Below, one piece after another: positions 37,024 through 46,895 of a stretch of DNA of 64,000 nucleotides. The stretch's first letter is position 1. Every line of letters starts with the position of its first letter. Both the position numbers and the translations under genes were made by a program. The DNA is from an uncultured Gammaproteobacteria bacterium (lineage in GTDB: Bacteria; Patescibacteriota; Microgenomatia; Levybacterales; GWA1-39-11), in the NCBI GenBank assembly GCA_964627245.1, contig CAZVGS010000002.1:90923-154922 (forward strand), given 5' to 3'. The notes under the pieces are model-generated. The model did no database searches and was not told the origin of the DNA. It saw only the letters and a list, made by a program, of their open reading frames with translations.

Positions 37024-39432
37024 CTACAAATTGCCGCCTACTCCGCCGTCTTTCCCAGGTAATTTATCTTGCGGATTTACCTTATCCAAAACCTCAAAGA
37101 GCCTGGATCTTTTTGCGATTTCCTGATCTACAATGTCTCTCTGTCTTCCGTATTTGAGTCTTGAGAGTTCGCGTATCAATTCTGCAACACGCGGATTTTG
37201 AAGCTTTTTATCTTCTTCAATATTTCTCGTCAAATCCAGTGAGAAAGGAGTTGTGGGATCACCGCCGACTAAAGTTTTGACATAAGCGTGATATCTTTCA
37301 ACATTGATAAGATCCCCTTCGTTGAATGTCGGCTGAAATTCGTGCTGCAGATATCCGGCGTCGGTAACCCCTACCCTAAAAGAACAAATAGTTCCGACAT
37401 TTCCAAAAATAGCGTTTTTAACGTCTTCATCAATTTGCCCAATAAATTGATTTGCTACGGTTAAATTGAGTCTGTATTTCCTTGCCTCGGAAAGTATCTG
37501 TGCAAAATCGGGAGTCGCAAAATTCTGGAACTCATCAACATATAGGAAAAAGTCCTTTCTCTGGTCTTGGGGCATATCTTGCCTTGACATAGCGGCAACC
37601 AACAATTTAGGCACGAGTATAAGTCCAAGAAAGCTGGAATTTTCCTCACCGATCCGGCCTTTGTTAAGAGAAATCAAAAGAATTTTTTGATCGTCCATAA
37701 CTTGCCTGAAATTAAATGCACTTTCTGACTGTCCTATTATATTTCTCATCATTTTATTAGTGACAAATCTTCCGAATTTACTGACTATATAATCCAAAGT
37801 TTCTGACTTATGAAAGTCTGACGTCTGTGCTATCTGATCCGTCCAGTAGCGTCTCACCATTGGGTCATCAACTTTTGGCAGCAACTCCTGAACAAAAGAC
37901 ATATCGGTAAGCGCTCTTACAACCTCAACAAATGTATTACCCTTTTCAGACATAACTGTCAGCATTGCATTTCTAACCGAATGTTCAAAGCGAGGCCCGA
38001 TGATACCTGTTTTTTGAGGATCGTAGAGCTTATACATAAGGTTAATAATTGATGAAGTAACAAAGTGTTTTTGATCTTCAGTGTCCGCTTCAAGCATGTT
38101 AAGCCCCATCGGCCGCTCTGTATCCGACGGGTCAAATAGAATTACATCTTCTGCTCTTTGAGGCGGAATTAGTGTCAATATGTCATCAATCAAATCACCA
38201 TGAGGATCAATAACAGCAACGCCTTGGCCGGATCTTATATCCTGCATTATCATATCTTTCAAAAATTCGGATTTTCCAACTCCAGTTTTACCGATGATAT
38301 ACATATGCCTGCGTCTATCATCATCGCCTATGAATACTGATTTTTCCTGACCACGGAACAGACTTTTCCCAATGTATAATCCTTCCGTTGGAATGTTAGC
38401 CGGTGCAGGCGCGGTGCGTGCTGCAAGCCAATTTATATAAGGACTTTCAACGCTTTTATTGGGAAAGTGAAAAATAGTGGCTAATTCTTCCGTTGTCAGA
38501 ACCGTTCCCTTTGTAAAAAGAGGCAAGTGGCGGTAAATAAAATCTACCATAAGCATGCTTTTGAAAAACTTCGGTTCTTCCTTAGTAAATGAATTGTAGG
38601 GTGAAGAAAATTGAGTAAATGAATTTTCAATATTTGAAAGATGGGCATCTGCCGCTTCTTTAGAAGACGAGCTTACAACAACTCTTATGTGGGTCGTAAA
38701 ACCAGGTTTTGAAATTTTCTGCTCTATTGCTTCCAATTCTTTAGGGTCAGTTGAATATTTGGCAGTTTCTGGATTTGATTCCGTTTTTTTACTCTCTGTA
38801 ATATGTGCGCGACCGGCCTTTTTCCATTGATCTCCTGCGTTTGCTATTACAATTTGCAAAGCTGCCGCTTCTCCTTCCTGCATTTTTCCAAGAGTTGATG
38901 TCAGAGTTGATAAGGGATCCAGGGCAAAATCCTTATAGGTTTTTATAGGTTTGAAGCTCTCTTTTTTGAGTGTTAATCCTGCAAATGAAACTTTGCCTTC
39001 ATTTTCAAAGATATTATAGTCGTCAACTTCCTTTATTTGTGCGTCAGGATAAGCGCCGTTGATTTGCTTCTCAACCATATCCTGAAGCTTTTTTGGTACT
39101 CCGACATAAAATCTTATATCCTGCGGTTTTGCAACCACTTCAAAAGTAATGCTGTCCCCAACTTTTGTAAAGGAAAGCATTCCACTAACTGATTTTAATG
39201 ATGCAAAGCTTGAAAACAACTGCTCGGCGGCGTCAATTTTTATTTCGTTGTCCCGGGGAAGAGCTACTTCAAGAAGTGTACTGTCTAGTGATTTTTTGTG
39301 TCTTTTTTTTGCCCTACTCCAAATTCCATAAAAATAAATTGCGCCTATCGTTATTGCAGCAACAAAGCTCAAAAGCAAAATACTTGAAAGAAAGGTTAGC
39401 GCTGTATTTAGTAAAAAAGATGTATCAAACAT
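37024..39432 (-). CDS. VirD4/TraD-like type IV coupling-protein ATPase
   Basis: N-terminal TM; DRRRHMYIIGKTGVGKS, VIDPHGDL, LYVDEFQNF, LSEARKY, ANQ; GGAGG SD before ATG 39432. Confidence 0.85.
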   Translation of the reverse strand: MFDTSFLLNTALTFLSSILLLSFVAAITIGAIYFYGIWSRAKKRHKKSLDSTLLEVALPRDNEIKIDAAEQLFSSFASLKSVSGMLSFTKVGDSITFEVVAKPQDIRFYVGVPKKLQDMVEKQINGAYPDAQIKEVDDYNIFENEGKVSFAGLTLKKESFKPIKTYKDFALDPLSTLTSTLGKMQEGEAAALQIVIANAGDQWKKAGRAHITESKKTESNPETAKYSTDPKELEAIEQKISKPGFTTHIRVVVSSSSKEAADAHLSNIENSFTQFSSPYNSFTKEEPKFFKSMLMVDFIYRHLPLFTKGTVLTTEELATIFHFPNKSVESPYINWLAARTAPAPANIPTEGLYIGKSLFRGQEKSVFIGDDDRRRHMYIIGKTGVGKSEFLKDMIMQDIRSGQGVAVIDPHGDLIDDILTLIPPQRAEDVILFDPSDTERPMGLNMLEADTEDQKHFVTSSIINLMYKLYDPQKTGIIGPRFEHSVRNAMLTVMSEKGNTFVEVVRALTDMSFVQELLPKVDDPMVRRYWTDQIAQTSDFHKSETLDYIVSKFGRFVTNKMMRNIIGQSESAFNFRQVMDDQKILLISLNKGRIGEENSSFLGLILVPKLLVAAMSRQDMPQDQRKDFFLYVDEFQNFATPDFAQILSEARKYRLNLTVANQFIGQIDEDVKNAIFGNVGTICSFRVGVTDAGYLQHEFQPTFNEGDLINVERYHAYVKTLVGGDPTTPFSLDLTRNIEEDKKLQNPRVAELIRELSRLKYGRQRDIVDQEIAKRSRLFEVLDKVNPQDKLPGKDGGVGGNL

Positions 39433-39610
39433 GATATCCCTCCGAAAAGACTTTCCCTCCAACAGTTTCAGCGATTTCCTTCATTTTTTTTAGATCAAAA
39501 CTCTCATGGTGGAGTACCATTTCTTCAAATACCCCAACCGGAATAACATTTTCCGCAGATCTTTCTATCACTAAATTATCCTGCTCCTCAAAAAGCACAC
39601 TCATACACAT
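39425..39610 (-). CDS. Small hypothetical protein
   Basis: 61-aa ORF whose stop overlaps the start of the VirD4-like gene; TATGAT -10 just upstream. Confidence 0.5.
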   Translation of the reverse strand: MCMSVLFEEQDNLVIERSAENVIPVGVFEEMVLHHESFDLKKMKEIAETVGGKVFSEGYHV

Positions 39611-39785
39611 CTATCATAACATAACATAAGCTATATAGACTCGCCTCAATAGGTTCAAATGCAACATTGAGAGCTTTTTTTTGAGCCTAATTCTGATATA
39701 ATGTTTGGCAAGGTATTTCTTAAAAATCAGAGTTCGTAGACTTTAGGTTTGTTATTTGTAGTTTTAGACTACTACCTACCATAAT

Positions 39786-39876
39786 GGAGGAGTCGCATAG
39801 CTGGTCCATTGCGGGGGATTGCTAATCCCCTGAGCTCTTAAACAAGCTCGCGCAGGTTCAAATCCTGTCTCCTCCG
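39786..39876 (+). tRNA. tRNA-Ser (GCU)
   Basis: GGAGGAG acceptor, GGGGA-TTGCTAA-TCCCC anticodon arm, long variable arm, GGTTCAAATCC. Confidence 0.93.
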
Positions 39877-39967
39877 CAACGTAAGAAATTTTCATCCGAA
39901 AATTTCCACGTTGCTGAAACGTTTTAATTTATGAAATTTATTACGTTTTGCCTATGATGCAGTGCCC

Positions 39968-40227
39968 ATGTATTATGTTTATGTTCTTTTAAGTAATAAA
40001 GATAAAAGTTTTTATATTGGTTATACAGCAAATTTAAAAAAGAGATTAGCCGAGCATAATTCTGGTAAGTCGAAAGCAACAAAATAAAAATACCTTATAA
40101 ATTATTGTTTTATAAAGCATTTACTAATAAAAAAGACGCAAAACATAGGGAAGAGTATCTAAAAAGCGGGTGGGGATTTAAAAGCATAAACAAAATGTTA
40201 GTGAATGCACTCGGAGAGGTCGCATAG
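39968..40227 (+). pseudogene. Frameshifted small GIY-YIG nuclease
   Basis: MYYVYVL...FYIGYTANLKKRLAEHNSGKSKATK* then, in a shifted frame at ~40085, KIPYKLLFYKAF...AKHREEYLKSGWG; the 3' end runs into tRNA-Ser. Confidence 0.8.
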
Positions 40228-40298
40228 TGGTCTAGTGCAGCGGTCTTGAAAACCGCCAGGTGAAAGCCTCGAGGGTTCGAATCCCTCCCTCTCCGCCA
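40213..40298 (+). tRNA. tRNA-Ser (UGA)
   Basis: GGAGAGG acceptor, GCGGT-CTTGAAA-ACCGC, variable arm, GGTTCGAATCC, encoded CCA. Confidence 0.95.
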
Positions 40299-40342
40299 GC
40301 ATACATATTGAAATAAGATTTGAATGAGCATAAGATAAATAT

Positions 40343-40819
40343 GTGTCTGTCCAAAGAGCATTAATATTTATAATTTGTATTGCGACCCCTCTTTTAATTG
40401 GTTTTCTAGGTAGTTACTTTACGCTTCCCTCCATCCAGAGTTGGTACCAGACTCTTCAAAAGCCGATAATTGCACCTCCTAACTGGATTTTCGGACCTGT
40501 TTGGACAACCCTTTACATTTTTATGGGTACTGCAAGTTATCTAGTATTTCAAAATGGGGTAAAAAAGAAAAATACTTATGCCCTAAAGATCTACGCTCTG
40601 CAATTGTCATTAAATCTTCTATGGTCAATAGTTTTTTTCGGACTGCAATCAATATTAGGAGGTATGGTTGTTATTACCTTATTATGGATAATTATTCTTT
40701 TGACAATAAAAGAGTTTGCTAAATTAAATAAAACTGCTGGATTGCTTTTGTGGCCGTATATTGCCTGGGTATCATTTGCCGGCATCCTGAATTTATTGCT
40801 ACTTATTCTTAACAAGTAG
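40343..40819 (+). CDS. tspO: TspO/MBR tryptophan-rich sensory protein
   Basis: WYQTLQKPIIAPPNWIFGPVWTTLY, LNLLWSIVFF, PYIAWVSFA. Confidence 0.92.
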   Translation: MSVQRALIFIICIATPLLIGFLGSYFTLPSIQSWYQTLQKPIIAPPNWIFGPVWTTLYIFMGTASYLVFQNGVKKKNTYALKIYALQLSLNLLWSIVFFGLQSILGGMVVITLLWIIILLTIKEFAKLNKTAGLLLWPYIAWVSFAGILNLLLLILNK

Positions 40820-40861
40820 CTTGAATTTTTTCTTTGAATTGTCTATTGTATTAGTCCTTCT

Positions 40862-42277
40862 ATGCTTTATGACAAATTAGCAATTCTTGATGTAGAAACA
40901 ACCGGCGCTGTTCCCCCTTATGACAGGATAATCGAAATTGGAATAATAAGAATTGAAAAAGGAGAGATTGTAAAAAAGTTTGAAACTCTTCTCAATCCCG
41001 AAGTAACAATTTCCCCATTCATAGAAAATTTGACAGGAATTGTAAATTCGGATCTAAAAAGTGCGCCTGTATTTTCGGAAATAAAAAGTGATCTGGCGGA
41101 ACTTTTGGAGGGATGTACTTTTGTTGCGCACAATGCCAGGTTTGATTATTCATTCATTAAAAATGAGTATAAAAGGATCGGCATTTTATACAGTGCAAAG
41201 CAATTATGCAGTGTAAAAATGTCACGGCTATTATTTCCGAATTTTTCCCATCACAATTTAGACAGCATTATTGAAAGATTTGAAATAGAATGCAAAAGAC
41301 GGCACCGCGCATTGGACGATGCGTTAGTTGTTTGGGAATTTTTGAAGAAATTAGAAAAATCTATAAATGAGGAAAAATTAAAAAAAGTTTTTGACACAAT
41401 ACTAAAAAAGCCTTCACTCCCTTACCTTCTAAAACATAAAGATGTAAATTTGCTTCCTGAAAAGCCGGGGGTTTATTTATTTTTTGGAAAAAGTGAAATA
41501 CCCTTATATATAGGAAAGAGCGTAAATATAAGGGATAGGGTGCTTTCGCATTTTATTAATGATACGGATTCATCAACCGAGTTGGAAATTTCTCAGCAAG
41601 TGGAAAGGATAGAAACATTTGTTACAGGAGGTGAATTAAGTGCATTGTTACTCGAATCAGAGTTAGTCAAGAAAATGCAGCCTATATATAATAGGAAGCT
41701 TAGATATGCTAGAAAATTAGTTACGCTTCGAAAAAAAGAACGGAAGGATGGATACTACAGCTTGAGTATTTCAAATGGGGAGGAAATAAAAAGTGATGAC
41801 ATAGAAAGCATATTAGGAATATTTAAGAGTGTAAAATCAGCTAAAGAACACTTGTCGCGGATGGTCAATGAAAATTTCTTATGTCAAAAAATGCTAGGAC
41901 TGCAAAATGGTAAAGGGCCTTGTTTCTCTTACCACTTGGAAGTTTGCCGGGGTGCGTGTGTCAATAAAGAAAAACCTGAGATGTTCAACGCCAGATTTGT
42001 TATGGCATTTTCCTCAACAAAATTAAAAGCATGGCCATTTAACGGACCGATATTGATTAATGAGAAAAGTGAAGACATAGAAGAAGCTCTGGTGTTTGAT
42101 AAATGGTGCTATTTAGGAAAATACAGTGAATACAATTCATCTCAAGAAGCATTGGCAATTTCGGATTTTGATGTTTACAAAATTTTGGCGAGCTTCTTAA
42201 AAGACCCAAAGAATTTGAAGAAAGTTACTACTATTTCACAACAGAGTATTTCAAAAGAAGAGTTCCTTTACCATTAA
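40862..42277 (+). CDS. DEDDh 3'-5' exonuclease (DnaQ-like) fused to a UvrC/Cho-like GIY-YIG domain
   Basis: LDVETTG, VAHNARFD, HRALDDA; LPEKPGVYLF...LYIGKSVNIRDRVLSHF. Confidence 0.88.
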   Translation: MLYDKLAILDVETTGAVPPYDRIIEIGIIRIEKGEIVKKFETLLNPEVTISPFIENLTGIVNSDLKSAPVFSEIKSDLAELLEGCTFVAHNARFDYSFIKNEYKRIGILYSAKQLCSVKMSRLLFPNFSHHNLDSIIERFEIECKRRHRALDDALVVWEFLKKLEKSINEEKLKKVFDTILKKPSLPYLLKHKDVNLLPEKPGVYLFFGKSEIPLYIGKSVNIRDRVLSHFINDTDSSTELEISQQVERIETFVTGGELSALLLESELVKKMQPIYNRKLRYARKLVTLRKKERKDGYYSLSISNGEEIKSDDIESILGIFKSVKSAKEHLSRMVNENFLCQKMLGLQNGKGPCFSYHLEVCRGACVNKEKPEMFNARFVMAFSSTKLKAWPFNGPILINEKSEDIEEALVFDKWCYLGKYSEYNSSQEALAISDFDVYKILASFLKDPKNLKKVTTISQQSISKEEFLYH

Positions 42278-42767
42278 GTTTGTCCACAGATAAAAGTTTT
42301 AGACTTACATCAATTTCTTCTTCTCCAACTATTCCGTTTCCAAGACCGAGAATTTTTGGCTCTAAAGTCTGCCAAACATCCGTTATAAGTTTTTCCCTAA
42401 AAAAGCCGGTTGCCGTGTGTGCACCTCCTACAAAAAGCGCTTCTTTATAACCCACTTTTTTTAGACGGCGGACAAGTGTCTTAACCGGTTCATTTGTGAA
42501 TTCCAACTGGCCATCGATTTTTTCTTTGTTATATTTATTTGGAGTTCTGGTAATTACAATTCTTAATTTTCCTTTTTTGTGAACCATTTGATTTTTTGCG
42601 CCTTCGTAAGTCGTCGAGCCCATTATGATAAGAGATGCTTCATCTCTTTTCTTTGTAAATATTTCAGCGTCTTCATCAGACCGCCATTCATGATGACTCT
42701 CAAGTCCTGTACTTTTTTGTGTCGTCCTCCCATCCAAAGATGTAACAATCATATAAATAATTTTCAT
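42231..42767 (-). CDS. RibD C-terminal / dihydrofolate reductase family protein
   Basis: MIVTSLDG, IIMGSTTY, FVGGA, LEPKILGLG. Confidence 0.8.
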   Translation of the reverse strand: MKIIYMIVTSLDGRTTQKSTGLESHHEWRSDEDAEIFTKKRDEASLIIMGSTTYEGAKNQMVHKKGKLRIVITRTPNKYNKEKIDGQLEFTNEPVKTLVRRLKKVGYKEALFVGGAHTATGFFREKLITDVWQTLEPKILGLGNGIVGEEEIDVSLKLLSVDKLNGKGTLLLKYSVVK

Positions 42768-42782
42768 AAGAGAATTGTAGCA

Positions 42783-43517
42783 TTACTTTTTTGCAACTAT
42801 TATATAGTTTGATTCGCCGAAAAACTTCAGGGATAGATTATCTAGAAAAGTAGCTATATCCGAAAGTACCCGTGAGTAATTAAGAAATCTTACAAATTTT
42901 CCTGCATACGGATTTACAAAAAGAAAATTTCTAAATATGCCTTCTGTTTTTTTTGTTTCTAAAATTCGGAACCCTGCATCTTTTATCAGCTTTCTAAGAA
43001 GACGAAGATTATATCTGCGGAGATGACCAACTTCTTTATCAAATTTTCTTGTAGCACCCAACTTATGCAGTGGAGCATTTACTGAAGGAGTAGATAATAT
43101 TAGTATTCCCCCATTTTTAAGCAGACTATTTATCTTTCTTAGGGCAAGTTTATCACTTGGTAAGTGTTCAATTACTTCGGTGAATATTACTGCGTCGAAT
43201 TTTTTTGTACTGTTGAATTTTGGAAATTCGGATTGTACAAAATCGACATTACTTAGACCCATCATTTTTGCGCTTTCCCTACACTTTCTGATTGCCTTTT
43301 CAGAGATGTCCAAACCCAAAACATAATTTTTTTTAGAAGCCAAATAGAATGAGAGAGATCCTGCCCCACAGCCGATGTCCAGCACCGACACATTTTCCCT
43401 TATATGTTTGTTTAATTTATTTATAAGTAAGCGATATGTAAAATTACTTTCGCTTACAATGCGTGGCTGTTGATGGGTTTTTCGATGATATCTTTCGTGG
43501 ATTCTTTTACTTGACAT
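42783..43517 (-). CDS. Class I SAM-dependent methyltransferase
   Basis: VLDIGCGAG, FDAVIFTEVIEH, LKNGGILILSTP, GHLRRY. Confidence 0.88.
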   Translation of the reverse strand: MSSKRIHERYHRKTHQQPRIVSESNFTYRLLINKLNKHIRENVSVLDIGCGAGSLSFYLASKKNYVLGLDISEKAIRKCRESAKMMGLSNVDFVQSEFPKFNSTKKFDAVIFTEVIEHLPSDKLALRKINSLLKNGGILILSTPSVNAPLHKLGATRKFDKEVGHLRRYNLRLLRKLIKDAGFRILETKKTEGIFRNFLFVNPYAGKFVRFLNYSRVLSDIATFLDNLSLKFFGESNYIIVAKK

Positions 43518-43569
43518 ACTTTATTTAGAGTGATTATATATTCTTAGATAACATTTTTCATCATTTAAC

Positions 43570-45354
43570 ATGAAGAAAGTATTACTTGCCCTAATATTTC
43601 TTTTTCTTTTTACTACTTTAATTTCCGATAAATCACATGCAGCAGTATTGTTTGAAGATGATTTCGAAGACGGTGATAGCAATGGATGGACTGCTATTCT
43701 AGGACCGAACATGTGGGAGGTAAAAGAAATAAGCGGGAATAAGATGTTCGGCGCAAGAATTAACGGAGGGTCTACTCTTATGGATATTGTTGCGACGACT
43801 ATTAATACTCCTAATTATTAAATAGAGTTTGATTATATGCCTGTAACCGGTGCTGATCGAAATCTAGATTTTAGATGGATAAAAAACCCGGATGACACAG
43901 GATATACACCATATGAAGTACATTACATTGGGGCAAATTATTCATTCAATAATTTTGGTGCTACACCAATTGCTACTAATCCACTAATAGATAATCAACT
44001 GAATCACATTACTATAATATTGGAAGGCCAGAGAGTTCAATTTTTTGTTAATCAAGTTAAAATAATTGACCACACAGTTCCAGGATACGAGTATACTAGT
44101 GAGAAAGTTGGTTTAAGATTAAGTACTGGAGCTTCGTTTCCGACGGAGGGCTGGTTTGATAATGTTAAGGTAACTACTTTGGATCATGAGGATGAAGATC
44201 AGGGACTGGATGTGCCTTTGCTGAAACAAACAAACCCATTATGGGGTAACGACATTTATGATACAGCTGGTAACTGGTCTTCTAATGGCGTGACAATGGC
44301 GGATTGGGGTTGTGCAGTTACTTCTGCTTCGATGGTATTTCAATATAATGGTTTAACTAAAATGCAGGATGATTCTGAATTAAATCCAGGAAGCATCAAC
44401 TCGTGGCTTAAAAATCAACCTGACGGTTATGTTAGAAATGGCTTATTGAACTGGATTGCTTTATCCAGACTTTCTAGAGAAGTATCTGCGAATAATTCGG
44501 TTGCATTTGACGCTTTAGAATACGCAAGACATAGTGTAGACGATGCATACCTAACAAATATTATAGAAAACAGTCAGCCTGCAATTCTTCATGAACCTGG
44601 ACATTTTATAGTTGCAAAAGGGGTTAGTGAAGAAGACTCGACTTTCTGGATTAATGATCCATACTTTGAGATTAATAAATTGTCAGACTCAAAATACAGT
44701 AACTCATATGCAAAAATAGGAACATATACCCCGGTAAATTCCGACTTATCATACATGATGTTAGTGGTTGATTCCCATGTCGAAATAACACTGCTTGATC
44801 CGGTTGGAGATCAGGTTGGGGAAATTGAGTTAGAAGAACCAATTAGCGATCCTGAAAACGATTCCAACAATAACGTTGGATCTCTTAAGATATTGTATCT
44901 TCCAAAACCTGAAAGCGGTGAATACGAGCTAAATTTAAGTTCCACTACCGGGGGTTCTTATGTTCTTGATCAATATTACTATGACGAGAATGGGGAAATG
45001 CATGTAATTACGAGCACTGGTCTTCTCGATGAAGGAGATACAAACATTTACTTAGTTAATTATGATAAAGATGAAATTTCTAACACAACCTCTGAGATGT
45101 TGACTGATGAGGAAGTCACTTTCGAAAGTATTAGGCAGAAGATCAAAGATGGCTACAAGGATAAAAAAATAAAATTCGGGACCTACATTGTTTTGCTTGT
45201 TGAACTGGAGATTGCTGAAAGAGCAAAAAAAGTAAAAATTTCACAAGGCTCCCTTAACTTAATGGTACACACTCTTAAAAGAGATAAGAGAATTGATGAT
45301 GATTTCAAAAGTGAATTGATTGAAGATATTCAAGCACTCAAAGATAATTTGTAA
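43570..45354 (+). pseudogene. Secreted DUF1080/concanavalin-like domain plus C39-like cysteine peptidase, interrupted by one in-frame TAA (43819-43821)
   Basis: ORFs 43570-43821 and 43837-45354 are in the same frame (NY*IEFDY); signal peptide, FEDDFEDG, GWFDNVKV; LKQTNPLW, WGCAVTS, GHFIV, INDP. Confidence 0.7.
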
Positions 45355-45999
45355 TTACTTACTGTCTATACTCTTTTTTATTTGTTCAATAGGAATTAAT
45401 TCGCTCAGGAATATCCTCGCGGTTACATTACAAGGGCAATCTGAAATATTCTCTTTTGTTGCTTTTCCATAATAATCAATCGAGTATTCAAGAATTATTA
45501 TTTGCAGAGTGTCCCCGGTTTTTTTGAGATAACCCCATACACTTGATCCGGGTCTATCTGCTGATAACACACTTATTTCTGTTCCAAAAAGGCTAATACT
45601 TGAACGCCAATCAGCATTTTCAAGAAGTTTATTGCTTGTAATTTCAAAATTATTTATCGATGAAGAACTAATATCGTGTAAATTTTTTTCAGTTGTAATC
45701 CACTCAGTTCCTTCCAGTGGGATATCTAACTGATTCCCTGATGAATCGTAGAGAAGTGAATTGTTGGATATAGATAGGGAATTGGGAGCATTTTTATCAG
45801 CTTTACTCCATGCAGCTTCCGGATATATTACAGTGGGATCTGTCAAAAATGTTGTATTCTGCGAAATTGTTGAGTTAGAATCGGATTCTATCTTTTGATT
45901 GTTTTGTTGAAATAGTAATAGATTAATTAAAACAGCTACTTCCAGTAGTACGACTGTTGCTAGCAGAAAAATCAAAAAAATAAGATGGGACCTTTTCAC
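45355..45999 (-). CDS. Single-TM hypothetical protein
   Basis: 214-aa ORF with N-terminal TM. Confidence 0.6.
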   Translation of the reverse strand: MKRSHLIFLIFLLATVVLLEVAVLINLLLFQQNNQKIESDSNSTISQNTTFLTDPTVIYPEAAWSKADKNAPNSLSISNNSLLYDSSGNQLDIPLEGTEWITTEKNLHDISSSSINNFEITSNKLLENADWRSSISLFGTEISVLSADRPGSSVWGYLKKTGDTLQIIILEYSIDYYGKATKENISDCPCNVTARIFLSELIPIEQIKKSIDSK

Positions 46000-46065
46000 T
46001 ATCTATAGTTTAACATTTTTGGTATTTCTTGCTAAAGATATTCCCTTTTTGTAATACTAAGTAAT

Positions 46066-46890
46066 ATGGAGAAATTGTTTGTTGTTAAAAGGTCCGGGGA
46101 GAGGGAGGAATATAGCGAGGAAAAAGTAAGACGCTCAATGAATAGGGTTGGAGTTCCTGATAACCTCAAGCCTGAAGTACTGCAGCATATTAGGCAAAAG
46201 TTTGAGAATAGTGAAATGAGTACGGATGATGTTTTTCATCACATCATGGAGTTCTTAGAGCCCCGTGACAGGAAATCATCTTTGCGTCTTAACTTACGTG
46301 AAGCCATATTTGATTTGGGTCCGACCGGTTTTCCATTCGAGCAGTATCTTTCAAAAATTTTTGAAAGTATGGGATACAAGGTTGAAACGAATGTTAATTT
46401 GGAGGGAGATTGTGTAAGACACGAAATTGATATTTTACTTGAAAAAGACGGGCACAGGGAAATAGTTGAAGTTAAATTTCACAATCATCACGTCGTCAAA
46501 ACAGATGTTCAGGTCGCTTTGTATACCTACGCGCGGTTTTTGGATGTTAAGGAGAAGAATAATATTTCAAATGTTTGGCTTATTACGAATACAAAGCTGA
46601 CTGAAGATGCGATAACCTACACAAAATGTAAAGGAATTCCGGCAATTGCATGGAATTATCCTGAAAAAGGAAATTTGCAGGATTTGGTTGAAGAGCCTGC
46701 GATGTATCCCATAACTCTTTTGACCTCTCTATCAGAACAAGAGAAAAAAAGACTTATTGAAAAAGATGTCGTTTTGTGTACAGACCTTCTTACTAAGAGC
46801 GACGTTGATTTGGCTGATCCTTTGCTTAGAAATGACAGTTTACAAAAAGCGCGTGATGATGCAAAATTAGTGTGCCCCTTGCCCCAATAG
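46066..46890 (+). CDS. ATP-cone domain plus Mrr-like PD-(D/E)xK restriction endonuclease domain
   Basis: VVKRSGEREEYSEEKV (ATP cone); GPTGFPFEQY, HEIDILL, IVEVKFH, LITNT. Confidence 0.85.
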   Translation: MEKLFVVKRSGEREEYSEEKVRRSMNRVGVPDNLKPEVLQHIRQKFENSEMSTDDVFHHIMEFLEPRDRKSSLRLNLREAIFDLGPTGFPFEQYLSKIFESMGYKVETNVNLEGDCVRHEIDILLEKDGHREIVEVKFHNHHVVKTDVQVALYTYARFLDVKEKNNISNVWLITNTKLTEDAITYTKCKGIPAIAWNYPEKGNLQDLVEEPAMYPITLLTSLSEQEKKRLIEKDVVLCTDLLTKSDVDLADPLLRNDSLQKARDDAKLVCPLPQ

Positions 46891-46895
46891 TAATA

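Noticed and set aside
36918-40361. ORFs 36918-37157 (+) and 40110-40361 (-)
   Set aside because: They are translations of tRNA genes, not proteins
43819-43821. Stop-codon reassignment or programmed readthrough
   Set aside because: TAA, TAG and TGA all terminate conserved genes here (e.g. TGA ends clpB and dnaA), so code 11 applies
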